The notes beneath the pieces were generated by a model. That model ran no database searches. It was given only the letters and a program-made list of their open reading frames with translations, and was not told the origin of the DNA. This document shows, piece after piece, positions 9,191 to 18,998 of a stretch of 64,000 nucleotides of DNA; within the stretch, counting starts at the first letter, position 1; the number at the start of each line of letters is the position of its first letter. The DNA comes from an uncultured Chloroflexia bacterium (GTDB lineage: Bacteria > Chloroflexota > UBA6077 > JACCZL01). The DNA lies in contig CAVXYC010000002.1 of the NCBI GenBank assembly GCA_963765765.1, positions 96,001 through 160,000 of the forward strand, written 5' to 3'. The position numbers and the translations under genes were made by a program.

Positions 9191-10447
9191 TTATCCCACG
9201 GCGGACGGCTCCGCCACCTCTCGGTGGGCCTGCTCAAACTGACGCATGGCGGCGTCGGCCCTTGCAAAATGTTCGTCTGAGAACGCCCACAGACCTGCTC
9301 CACCGAACAGGATCTTAGCGGCCGTCTCTCGGGACGAATTCTTGAGCAGGTTGTTGGAGACCTCGGGAAAATTGGAGTCGAAGTGCGGATAGTCGGTGGA
9401 GATGCACATGCGATCCGCGCCGATGAGTCCGGCTGTCGCTTCGATCTCCGGCTCGCTGCCCTCAACGGCGGCCCAGCAGTGCTGCTGGAAGTACTCCTTC
9501 GGCGTTGATGCCAGATAGGGGGCGTGGGTGTCGCGGTAGTTGGTGTAATCCCACTCGATCCGAGAGAGCAGCCCGGGCACCCACGAGTTCTGTGCTTCCA
9601 GAAAGCCGACCCGGAGTTTTGGATGGAACTCGAACACCCCGCCGATGATCATGGCGATGAGCGCCTGCTGCATCTCGATCCAGTGACTGGCAACATGCCG
9701 ATAGAAACGGTTCTCACCGTAGAGCGTGTTCATGTTGGAGTACCAGGCGCCGGTGCCCTCGTGGAAGCCCCAGGTCACGCCCAGGTCCTCGTGCATCGAG
9801 TAGAGCGCGTCCCAGTAGTTGGAGTGCCAGTAACGTCCGTTCACCAGGTTAGGCCGAATGAACGAGCCCACCGCGCCCAGGTCGCGCACCGCCCGGTGTA
9901 GCTCCTGGCAAGCCAGGTTGACGTCGTGAATCGGCAGCATGGCCGCGAACTTGAGCTGGTCCGGACTGTAGGAGCAGAAGTCGGCGAGCCAGTTGTTGTA
10001 GGCCTGGCAGAAGGCCAGCGAGACTTGCGGGTCCATGTTGTCGCGACCCAACAGACTCAGTCCGGCGGTTGGGAAGAGGACCGCGATATCCACGCCCTCC
10101 ATCTGCATGCCCATGATCTGCGCCTCAGGGCTGTAGTCACGCTCGATCGCGAAGCCAAGGCGGCCGGAGGCGATGATGCGTGAGTTGGACAGCGGCTGTC
10201 GGGCGGCGGCATCGCCACCCTTCGCGGTCTGCTGAGGTGGCTTCATCGGCTTGCGATACTGTTGCATGTCCAGGTCACCGGTGGAGGAGATCCCATCGAC
10301 GATCCATGGCCCGCGTTTAGGTTGGCCATTGGCGTCCACGGGCGTGATGACCCGATCTCTGAAACGAGGATCAAGCCACCTCGTGAATAGATCCGCCGGC
10401 TCGATGATGTGCATGTCGCAGTCGACGAATCGCATGCCGTCTTTCAT
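9191..10447 (-). CDS. Amidohydrolase family 2 protein
   Basis: VDCDMHIIEP, AYNNWLADFC, FHEG, FLEAQNSW, STDYPHFDS. Confidence 0.9.
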   Translation of the reverse strand: MKDGMRFVDCDMHIIEPADLFTRWLDPRFRDRVITPVDANGQPKRGPWIVDGISSTGDLDMQQYRKPMKPPQQTAKGGDAAARQPLSNSRIIASGRLGFAIERDYSPEAQIMGMQMEGVDIAVLFPTAGLSLLGRDNMDPQVSLAFCQAYNNWLADFCSYSPDQLKFAAMLPIHDVNLACQELHRAVRDLGAVGSFIRPNLVNGRYWHSNYWDALYSMHEDLGVTWGFHEGTGAWYSNMNTLYGENRFYRHVASHWIEMQQALIAMIIGGVFEFHPKLRVGFLEAQNSWVPGLLSRIEWDYTNYRDTHAPYLASTPKEYFQQHCWAAVEGSEPEIEATAGLIGADRMCISTDYPHFDSNFPEVSNNLLKNSSRETAAKILFGGAGLWAFSDEHFARADAAMRQFEQAHREVAEPSAVG

Positions 10448-10592
10448 AGGTGCATCCTCCACGCGTGTCGCTCCGGAAGCCTAGGTTTCCGTCAGAACCA
10501 TGTCAAGGGTGTACTCGGTTCCGCGGCGAATCCCCCTTGGGACCGCTGTCGTCCCAGCTGCCCCGATCCGGATGCTCTGGATGTTGGAATGT

Positions 10593-10706
10593 GCGAGGAC
10601 CCCACCCCAGCCCTCCCCGCCGCGGCAGGGAGGGAGCATGTTTACGAACTTATTAGATCCGGCTCCCTCCCTGCCGCAGCGGGGAGGGCTGGGGTGGGGT
10701 CCTCGC
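10593..10706. repeat. REP/REPIN-like palindrome family A, copy 1
   Basis: 45-bp inverted arms gcgaggaccccaccccagccctccccgc...gcggggagggctggggtggggtcctcgc around an AT-rich spacer. Confidence 0.85.
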
Positions 10707-10777
10707 GCGGGAGCTACATTTTTGGCGTGAGAGAACCAGCCTCAGCGTCGCCTCGTACAACATGCCAGGGACATTCG

Positions 10778-11764
10778 ATGATTTACCGAGTAGCTCGACT
10801 TATCACCGCGGCTGGCATTGCTCTCACGCTTCTCATGGTGCCCCTGTCGGAACCGGGGCGCGCGCACATGTGCACCCCCGATCCGGTGGTGCCGGTGCCC
10901 GGCTCGCTCCTGGTGCCGCGGGCAAGTGGGCTGGCTCGCTTCAGCCTCTCTGAACGCGTTGTGGAAACGCTGCCAATCCTGCCGTCCAATGGTGTTGTGA
11001 GCCAGGTCTCGCGTTCCCTCGATGGCAATCGTCTGGCGGTGTCTCGCTTCTCCCGACGTGACGATGAATCAATCGGCGGTTCCGACATTCTGATCACGGG
11101 GCCGGATGGAGGGGCGGTGATAGATCGGATCGATCGGACGGCACCGGGCGAGATGGTCTCCGCCCCGACTTGGCATCCACGAGGTGGTCTGGTGTTTGAG
11201 CGGTCCACCGTGGCAGGTGGAATAAGCTCGGCGCGCATCGATTGGCGCCAGCAGGATGGGCGCGTGGTGACGGTTGTTGACCACGGAACCGCGCCTTCGA
11301 TATCGCCCGACGGCAGTCAGCTTGCCTATGTGGACACGCCGCTCGGCGACCGATTGATGATGCGCGATCTCGATTCGGGGGATGTGCGCGTGCTCGTTAC
11401 GAACCCTGCGTTTCTGGCGATTGCTTTTCCCCGCTTCTCGCCCAACGGAGAATGGGTGGCGTTCACTGCCGTGGGTGAGCCGGTGGGGCTAGGATTCTCA
11501 TTGGGCGCCTCACGGCTACGTTTCGGCCCTGAGCCAGTCGCCGCCCATGGCATCCCCTGGGATTCCTGGGCTGTGCGCCTATCTACCGGCGCTCTCACGC
11601 GTATCTCTAGCTTCTACGATGACGATCCCGCGGTGGCATGGTCGCCGGATAGCCGCTGGATCGCAATGTATGCGGGTGAGTCGGTCAACATCATCGCGGT
11701 CGATGGCTCGGCCGCCTACTGCGTACTCCCGACTGGCGGGTACGGCGGGTTCGAGTGGATCTAG
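10778..11764 (+). CDS. Secreted TolB-like/PD40 beta-propeller protein
   Basis: Signal peptide MIYRVARLITAAGIALTLLMV. Repeated PSISPDGSQLAY, PRFSPNGEWVAF, VAWSPDSRWIA. Confidence 0.8.
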   Translation: MIYRVARLITAAGIALTLLMVPLSEPGRAHMCTPDPVVPVPGSLLVPRASGLARFSLSERVVETLPILPSNGVVSQVSRSLDGNRLAVSRFSRRDDESIGGSDILITGPDGGAVIDRIDRTAPGEMVSAPTWHPRGGLVFERSTVAGGISSARIDWRQQDGRVVTVVDHGTAPSISPDGSQLAYVDTPLGDRLMMRDLDSGDVRVLVTNPAFLAIAFPRFSPNGEWVAFTAVGEPVGLGFSLGASRLRFGPEPVAAHGIPWDSWAVRLSTGALTRISSFYDDDPAVAWSPDSRWIAMYAGESVNIIAVDGSAAYCVLPTGGYGGFEWI

Positions 11765-11810
11765 AGTCCAACTGATTGATTCCCGAATCGTGCAGTGCAT
11801 TGTGACAATT

Positions 11811-11846
11811 GAAAAGGCCCGTTCTCGATTGAGAACGGGCCTTTTC
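11811..11846. terminator. Bidirectional intrinsic terminator
   Basis: gaaaaggcccgttctc-gatt-gagaacgggccttttc, a perfect hairpin with A/T tails between convergent genes. Confidence 0.85.
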
Positions 11847-11865
11847 TCCGCTGATCTGCTCCGCG

Positions 11866-12708
11866 TTACTTGGTGAACTCGTACACCTGGCTGCGCACCT
11901 GGTTCGTAATCGGGATATTCACGCCCATCGCTCCCAGGGCGGACTGGACGTCACCAACCGTCGTCCCGCTGGTTGGCTCTGGAACGTTGTGATGCCACAT
12001 CAGCGTATTGAGGTTCGGGTTGTCGGTCGTCATGAGCTTCACAGCCATGGCGATATCGAGGGGCTCGTGGGCGCCGCTCATGTGAAAAATCATGAGGTCC
12101 GGCTTGTACATGGAGCCCCAGAGCGCCATCTCTGAGCGCATTGGCGAGCTGGCCATGAAGTAGATGGTGTAGCCGTTCTCGAAGGTGATCATGAAGCTCG
12201 ATGCCTGGCCGCCGTATGCGGTTCGCTCTGTTCGTTCCGGCAGAAGCGAGTCATGGTCCGCGGCGAGCAGCCGCACGGTGATGCCATCGCGAACGAGACG
12301 ATCGCCAGGCCCGATGAATCGTGGCGTTTGGTTTGCGGGCACGCCCTTATCCAGGAAATACGTTCCCAGGCTTCCCGAGCCTACCAGGTAGGCGCCCGTC
12401 TTTATGGCAAGGTCAATCGCCTGGCCCTGTTCATCCTGGTGACCATCGGGGACCAGGATCAGGTCCGCCTGGTTAATGTCGTCCATGCTCACCGTAACTG
12501 ACTGATTTCCGTTGATCCAGGGGTTCAACAGGACGACCTTGCCGCCTGGCGATGTCAAGCGGAAGAAGGAGTGGCCGAAAAACTCCAGCTTTACTGTCCC
12601 CTGGGCGGAAGCCACGGGCGGAATAACAACTCCTGAAGCTGCGGCTAACATCACCGCCAGAGCGCCAATCGCCGCGCGCGTCAGAAACTGCCTCTTGATC
12701 GATCGCAT
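11866..12708 (-). CDS. Secreted metallo-beta-lactamase-fold protein with degenerate metal motif
   Basis: Signal peptide (KRQFL...ASA), FFGHSFFRL, LLNPWI, ADLILVPDGHQDE, ADHDS, FENGYTIYF. Confidence 0.75.
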   Translation of the reverse strand: MRSIKRQFLTRAAIGALAVMLAAASGVVIPPVASAQGTVKLEFFGHSFFRLTSPGGKVVLLNPWINGNQSVTVSMDDINQADLILVPDGHQDEQGQAIDLAIKTGAYLVGSGSLGTYFLDKGVPANQTPRFIGPGDRLVRDGITVRLLAADHDSLLPERTERTAYGGQASSFMITFENGYTIYFMASSPMRSEMALWGSMYKPDLMIFHMSGAHEPLDIAMAVKLMTTDNPNLNTLMWHHNVPEPTSGTTVGDVQSALGAMGVNIPITNQVRSQVYEFTK

Positions 12709-12862
12709 CCCTCACTCCTTCTGCGTTATTCGGGCTGCCCAACGTTCACAGGAGAGTCTGGAGCTTATACGAGCGGACAAACCGAATCGGATTCTGGCCT
12801 GAGCGGTTAAACTGGCGTCATGATGTGGGCGGCGCCGCGGACGAGATCTGTAGCCCGGTCCA

Positions 12863-13877
12863 CTACTGGCTCATCTTGAGAAGCCTCATCGCATTCCCGC
12901 GATAGATTTTCTCCAGCTCCTCTTCCGAGAGGTGAAGATCGTCCACGGAGCGAATGCCCTCGCGGATGAACATCGGGCCGCCCTCGGGATCGAACGGGCA
13001 ATCGCTGGCGAAGACGATGCGGTCGGCGCCGAAGAAGTCCAGACCGCAGCGGAGTGCTGATGCAGAGCCGCCCAGCACCGTATCGGCATAGAACATCTTG
13101 AAGTACTCGATGGGCGTCTTCTTCATGGACTTCAGCAGCTCAGCATCGCTTCCGTCGGCGGATCGACTCCCGAGCTGCGCCCACAGCGTCTCGGCCCGGC
13201 CGGCGAAGAATGGAATCATCGCGCCACAGTGATGCGTGATTAAGTCGCATGGTCGGTAGCTTCTCGAAGAAGCCCGAAAACACCATGCGCGACATGGCCA
13301 CGCTGGTCTCGAACGGCCAGCCAAGCACCTGCCAGATCTCGTACTTCGAGATCGGCTCGTTGACGTAATCGGCGCGAGTGGCCGGCCGGGCCGGGTGCAT
13401 GAAAATCGGCAGGTCGTGCGTGTTGGTAACGCGCTCGAATACAGGGAATAGCTCTGGCTCATCCAGTGGACGACCATTCACATTGGTGCAAACTTGCACT
13501 CCGCGGGCGCCGAGCGTGGTGATCGCTCGGTCCATCTCCGCCAGCGCCGCGTCAACGTTGTTCATCGGCAGCGAGGCGATAAACGCTGGAAACTTGTGCG
13601 GCCATTTGGAAACCATCTCGGCCATGCCGTCGTTGGCGAGGCGAGCCAGCTCAGGCGCGAGCTCTGGTCCGCCCACCAGCTCGGGGGAGGGCAGCGAGAG
13701 CGTCAGCACCTGCTGCACATCCGGAAACTGCTCGTCGAGCATCTGCACGCGCGCCTCGATATCCCAGAGCATGCGCAAGCTGCTCATCCGTTTGATGATG
13801 CCCTCGTCCTTCGAGTGCTGCTTCATCATCTCGAGATAGGCTTGCGGCATGACGTGATTGAAGATGTCGATCTTCAT
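12863..13877 (-). CDS. Amidohydrolase 2 / ACMSD-like decarboxylase, frameshift at about 13240
   Basis: KIDIFNH, IFMHP, GWPFET (ORF 13140-13943), then ITHHCGAMIPF, FYADT, FASDCPF (ORF 12863-13477). Confidence 0.88.
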
Positions 13878-13983
13878 GAGCCCTCCTTCCCTTCGAGCCC
13901 CGATCATAGTGGCCTGGAAGCGCGCGCGTCCCGCCCGATCCAATCAGGATGCGTTCGCGGCCGAGCGCTGGATAACTGCAAGA

Positions 13984-14086
13984 ACCCCACCCCAGCCCTC
14001 CCCGCTGCGGCAGGGAGGGAGCCGGATTCTCGTATTACTGAGACACGGCTCCCTCCCTGCCGCAGCGGGGAGGGCTGGGGTGGGGT
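13984..14086. repeat. REP/REPIN-like palindrome family A, copy 2
   Basis: accccaccccagccctccccgctgcggcagggagggagccg...cggctccctccctgccgcagcggggagggctggggtggggt. Confidence 0.85.
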
Positions 14087-14167
14087 CCCTCCGCGCGCTT
14101 CCCGACGGCGTCGCTCTTCGCAGGTTGAGGCCGCAACTGCTACTCTACGACCTCACGAGACTACAAT

Positions 14168-16157
14168 ATGACCGACATCCAACAGGGCGACATCCTCTGG
14201 GAGCCCACTGAGGAGGCTACTCGAGCGGTCCACACTCGCCCGCTACATCCGCTGGCTCGCAGAGACTCGCGGCTTGCACTTCAACGACTACCAGGATCTG
14301 TGGCATTGGTCCGCCACGGAGATCGAAACGTTCTGGGAGTCCATCTGGCAGTTTTTCGACGTGCAAGCCTCTCGGCAGCCCGAATGCGTCCTCGTTGAAC
14401 GAACGATGCCTGGTGCCAGGTGGTTTCCCGGCGCCGAGCTGAATTACGCCGAGCATATCTTTCGACGTCGTACCGATGACCGCCCCGCGCTCGTTTTCGA
14501 ATCGGAGCTACGACCGCTGGGAGAGATGTCCTGGCAGGATCTCGAAGGACAGGTAGCGTCCGTCGCGAAGAGACTGAAAGCGATGGGCGTCCAGCGTGGC
14601 GACCGGGTAGTGGCGTACATGCCCAACATTCCGGAGACGGTCGTCGCGTTTCTTGCCTGTGCCAGCCTCGGGGCTACGTGGTCATCATGCTCGCCTGACT
14701 TCGGTGATCATTCAGTGATCGATCGCTTTCGTCAGATTGAGCCCCTGGTGCTCTTCGCCACGGATGGGTATCGCTACGGTGGTAAGGACTTCGATCGACG
14801 TGACACCGCCGCGGCGCTGCTGGATGCGCTGCCTACGGTGAAGCACGTCGTCACCGTGCCGTATCTCAATGCCGATTGGACTGGCGCCGATCTACCCAGT
14901 GCCACTCCCTGGGCGGACATGCTGACGAGTCAGAACGCGACCCTCGAGTTCGAGCAGGTGCCGTTCGACCATCCGCTCTGGGTGCTGTACTCATCCGGCA
15001 CCACAGGGCACCCCAAAGCATTCGTCCACGGCCACGGCGGCATTCTGTTGGAGAGCCTCAAAATGCACGCGTTCCACATAGGTCTCCAGCCGGATGATCG
15101 ATTCTTCTGGTTCACATCCACCGGTTGGGTCATGTGGAACATCTTGCTCAGTGGACTCCTGCACGGGTCCACCATTGCACTCTTCGATGGCAACCCCGGT
15201 TACCCCGACCTCAATCGCATCTGGCGCTTCGCCCAGGATGCTGGCATCACCGTGTTCGGTACGAGCGCAGCGTTCCTCACGGCCTGCAACAAGGCCGAGC
15301 TTACCCCTTCGGCCAATTTCGATCTGAGCCGCATCCGCCATCTCGGCTCCACCGGATCGCCACTTCCGGTTGAGGGATTCGCCTGGGTGTACCAGCACGT
15401 GAATCCCAACCTCTGGCTCGGCTCGATCAGCGGCGGCACAGACGTGGTCTGCGGATTCGTCGGTGGCAGTCCGCTGCTACCGGTCCGCGCCGGCGAGCTC
15501 CAGGCTCGCTGCCTGGGCGTCAACGTCCAGTCCTGGGATGACGCCGGTAAGCCACTGATTGGTCAGATGGGCGAGCTGGTGGTGACCGAGCCAATGCCGT
15601 CCATGCCGCTGCGCTTCTGGGGTGATGAGGGCGATCAACGCTACCACGAGAGCTACTTCGACGTCTTCCCTGGAGTCTGGCGCCACGGCGACTGGATCGA
15701 GATCACCGATCGCGGCACGGCCATCGTGTACGGCCGCTCGGACGCCACCCTCAATCGTCTCGGCGTACGCATGGGCTCAAGCGAGATCTACAGCGCCGTC
15801 GAATCAGTCCCCGAAGTGCTCGATAGCCTGATCATCGGCCTCGAGCTTCCCCACGGCGGCTACTTCATGCCGCTTTTCGTCACCCTCCGAGAAGGCGTAC
15901 TTCTGGATGACGATCTCAAGACCGCGATCAAATCGCAGATCCGCACATCGCTCTCCCCGCGCTATGTCCCGGACGAGATCTACGCCGTTTCAGAGATCCC
16001 CAGAACGCTGAGCAACAAGAAGATGGAAGTCCCTATCAAGAAGCTCTTCATGGGTTTGCCACTAGACAAGGTGGCCGACTTGGACGCCGTGCAGAACCCT
16101 GCGGCGCTAGAGCACCTGGCAAGGCTGGCGGCGGACCTTGACCTGTACGGAAGGTGA
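14168..16157 (+). CDS. Acetoacetyl-CoA synthetase, frameshift at about 14220
   Basis: N-terminal ILWEP, YQDLWHWS, WFPGAELNYAE, LYSSGTTGHPK, SISGGTD, WRHGDW, GRSDATLN. Confidence 0.92.
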
Positions 16158-16206
16158 TGCTGGTCTCTATCCGCGACTTTGAACTTTGGCCTTTTTGAGG
16201 CAGCGA

Positions 16207-16347
16207 GGAGACCCCACCCCTCCCCGCTTCAGCAGGGAGGAGCAGGAATTGGGGAGATTGTGCGCGAAGGGCCGCTCTCGGGGACGAATTTCTCTCACTC
16301 CCGGTCCCTCCCTGCCGAAGCGGGGAGGGCTGGGGTGGGGTCCCTCC
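16207..16347. repeat. REP/REPIN-like palindrome family A, copy 3 (left arm degenerate)
   Basis: gaccccacccctccccgcttcagcaggga...tccctgccgaagcggggagggctggggtggggtcc. Confidence 0.8.
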
Positions 16348-16409
16348 GCGCTCCAGACAATCAATCTCGCAGAAGCACTCTCAGTAACACCACCCAAAGG
16401 AGGAATTAC

Positions 16410-17132
16410 ATGTCCGACAGACTCTCAACCGTCAAAGCCCTGACCTTCGACGTCTTCGGCACGGTCGTGGATTGGCGCAGCAGCATCACCCGTGAAGGCG
16501 AGGCGCTCGCCAGCCGACTTGGCATCCAGGGAGTCGACTGGGCCGCGTTCGCGTCCGCCTGGCGAGCTAAATATCAGCCCGCGATGACGCGCGTGCGCTC
16601 GGGCGAGCGGCCCTGGACCAAATTAGACGATCTCCACCGCGAGAGCCTGGAAGAGACGCTCGCCGAGTTCAAGATCACCGGACTCAGCGAGGATGAGCGG
16701 GACAATTTCAACAGGGCCTGGCACCGCCTGGACCCGTGGCCGGACTCCGTGCCCGGACTCACCCGGCTCAAGCAGAAGTACGTCCTCGCCACGCTGTCCA
16801 ACGGCAACGTCGCGCTCATGGTGAACATGGCCAAACGCGCCGGCCTACCCTGGGACGCCATCCTCGGTGCCGAAGTCGCCCACCATTACAAGCCGCAGCC
16901 CGAGTGCTACCTTACAACCGCCGCGCTCCTCGGCCTTGAGCCCGAAGAGTGCATGATGGTCGCCGCCCACAACAGCGACCTCAAAGCCGCCACCAGCCTC
17001 GGCTTCCGCGCCGCCTTCGTCCCCCGCCCCACCGAGCACGGCCCCGGCCAGACCACCGACCTAAGCCCAGCGCAGGAGTGGGATGTGGTGGCGGAGAGCT
17101 TCGAGGATCTGGCGGGGAGGCTTGGGTGTTGA
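16410..17132 (+). CDS. Haloacid dehalogenase type II (HAD superfamily)
   Basis: RBS aggagg. TFDVFGTVVDWR, TLSNGN, HYKPQPECY, MVAAHNSDL. Confidence 0.92.
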   Translation: MSDRLSTVKALTFDVFGTVVDWRSSITREGEALASRLGIQGVDWAAFASAWRAKYQPAMTRVRSGERPWTKLDDLHRESLEETLAEFKITGLSEDERDNFNRAWHRLDPWPDSVPGLTRLKQKYVLATLSNGNVALMVNMAKRAGLPWDAILGAEVAHHYKPQPECYLTTAALLGLEPEECMMVAAHNSDLKAATSLGFRAAFVPRPTEHGPGQTTDLSPAQEWDVVAESFEDLAGRLGC

Positions 17133-17185
17133 AGCGCGGAAGCAAACAAGGCCATTTCAGGACAGCGTTATCAGTCAAGCCAGAC

Positions 17186-18462
17186 TTATAGGGCCGTGCG
17201 CGTAGAACCACCGTGCTTGGTAGCCTTGGCCGCATCCGAACCTTCTGGGCTCGTCGCGTGAAGGTCGCATCGGTCGCATCGATTCGCCCACAGATACGCC
17301 TCTCCGGGAGACCAGAGAAGACATCATGGAAGATGTCAGATCTCCAAGTTGAGCAAGCGACTTTTGAATGTGTTTCAACCAACCCTGTGAGTTGAAGCGA
17401 TGCATCACGACCGCCGACGATAGCTCAATCACAGCTGGCGGGACATTCACCGGATCCTGCGACGCAATAACGACTGAAACACCCTTGTGGCGCATCTCGC
17501 GTATGACTTCAACGACCTGACCGATGAGTGTTCCCCCCATGTATTTGTGGGCTTCATCGAAGACGATTAGCTTGTTGAACGCAGCTTCGCCCAAGCCAGC
17601 GCCGGAGAATACGTTCAACATTGCGACAAAGAGCCCGAGGGCCTGTTCTTTTTCGACAAATTCATCTCGCAGATCGACGATGATCAACCTGCCGGGTTGC
17701 ATCAGGGTTCGAAGTGATCGACTATCGTCGATGAAGCGACTGGCGAACTCAGTTCGGGCTCCTGTGAGAAGCCGCTGCCCTTCGGATAGCGGCGCCTCAG
17801 CCAGCGCCGCCTGGATGCCTTCTAGCGAAAGATTTGCTCGCTGCTTCCGCATCAACTCATTGACTAGCTTGAGGTAGAGCGCATCGCTGCCGGTTGTACC
17901 CACGAGAAAGCGCCAGTCCGCCACAGTGAGCTCAGCGCTAGAAAATGCGATTGGCTCAATAGTTACGCCCGGAAACTCTTCCCGCCGCTGCTCCATGGTG
18001 TCAGCCGTCGTGAGCACGACCATATCCTGAAGTGCCCGCGGCGAGCTTCCCCATTCTGCAAGTGCCGCTATTTCGTCTGGCTCATCGTTCGGCCGAATCA
18101 TGCCTCACAAACTCTGGCGGGTAATCCTGGGTCTGGTGATAGTGAAAAACCACCGCGCCCAACGGCCGAGGCAACTGGTTCAGCCCAGGTATGGGTGTCG
18201 TTGCCATTTCCAGAACGGATCCGACCGTATAACTCTTGCCGCTCCCCTGCACGCCAAAAACGGACAGTGTGTTGCATCCATTGAGATCCATCGCAATCCG
18301 TCGATCGGGGTCAGCGGCGACCGAGCCCAACAGACCGAATTGAGCGGTCGGTCGGGGCTCTCCGATAAGGACGTCGTAGCTGGGCGACTCACCTTCCTGT
18401 TGATCCTCATGCTTAGAGCTGGAACAGTCGGTCGGTAGCCCCGCCTCCGAGTCTCTCGTCAA
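17186..18462 (-). pseudogene. C-terminal P-loop ATPase fragment resembling MADS defence protein Mad8 (HerA/FtsK-like), several frameshifts
   Basis: Walker A FGVQGSGKSY, VVFHY, IIVDLRDEFVEKEQALGLF, Walker B FNKLIVFDEAHKY, EMRHKG..ASQDP, HRFNS.GWLKHIQK. C-terminus RPR-TKHGGSTRTAL* recovered across frameshifts. Confidence 0.7.
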
Positions 18463-18665
18463 CGCTTCGGGGACTCAGTTTCGATCCGACTTCCTGATGC
18501 GGCACTGGGCGTGCGAACCTAGAAGAGCATCCCTCATAAGGCTGCGTGATCTCATGTTGCGCTCTTTTGCTCTGGCGTCGCGGCCACCGACTTTACGGCT
18601 GGCGGATCATTCCATGCAGGCACTGCCGTCCACCGTGACGCTCACGTTCCCGAGTCCCAGATTGC

Positions 18666-18751
18666 CTGTTATTCTGAGCCGAGCGAAGGATCATCCCCGT
18701 CTGAATCCAGGAGACGGAGGAAACGGATCCTTCTCTCGCTCAGGACGACAG
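18666..18751. repeat. Palindromic element family B (GTCAT...ATGAC type), degenerate copy
   Basis: ctgttattctgagccgagcgaaggatc...gatccttctctcgctcaggacgacag. A related half-arm lies at about 18884-18908. Confidence 0.65.
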
Positions 18752-18998
18752 CGGCGCGAGTGCTGGAAAGAGTCGTGGCTCCGAGGCTTCCCAGAGACAA
18801 TTGGGGTCAATCGCGGATAGCGATGGCCTCTGCCAGGCAAGGACGTTGAGAACTGCGATAAGTTGGCCCCCGATGTCGGGGAGGGCTCCTCGTCCCTCGG
18901 GATGACAGGGCTAGCGAGGAAGCCATTGACGTAGAGCGTCCAAGGGTTCATCGCCCCGCGCCATTTCATTCTCAGTCTCAATCTGAGAGACTGGCCTC

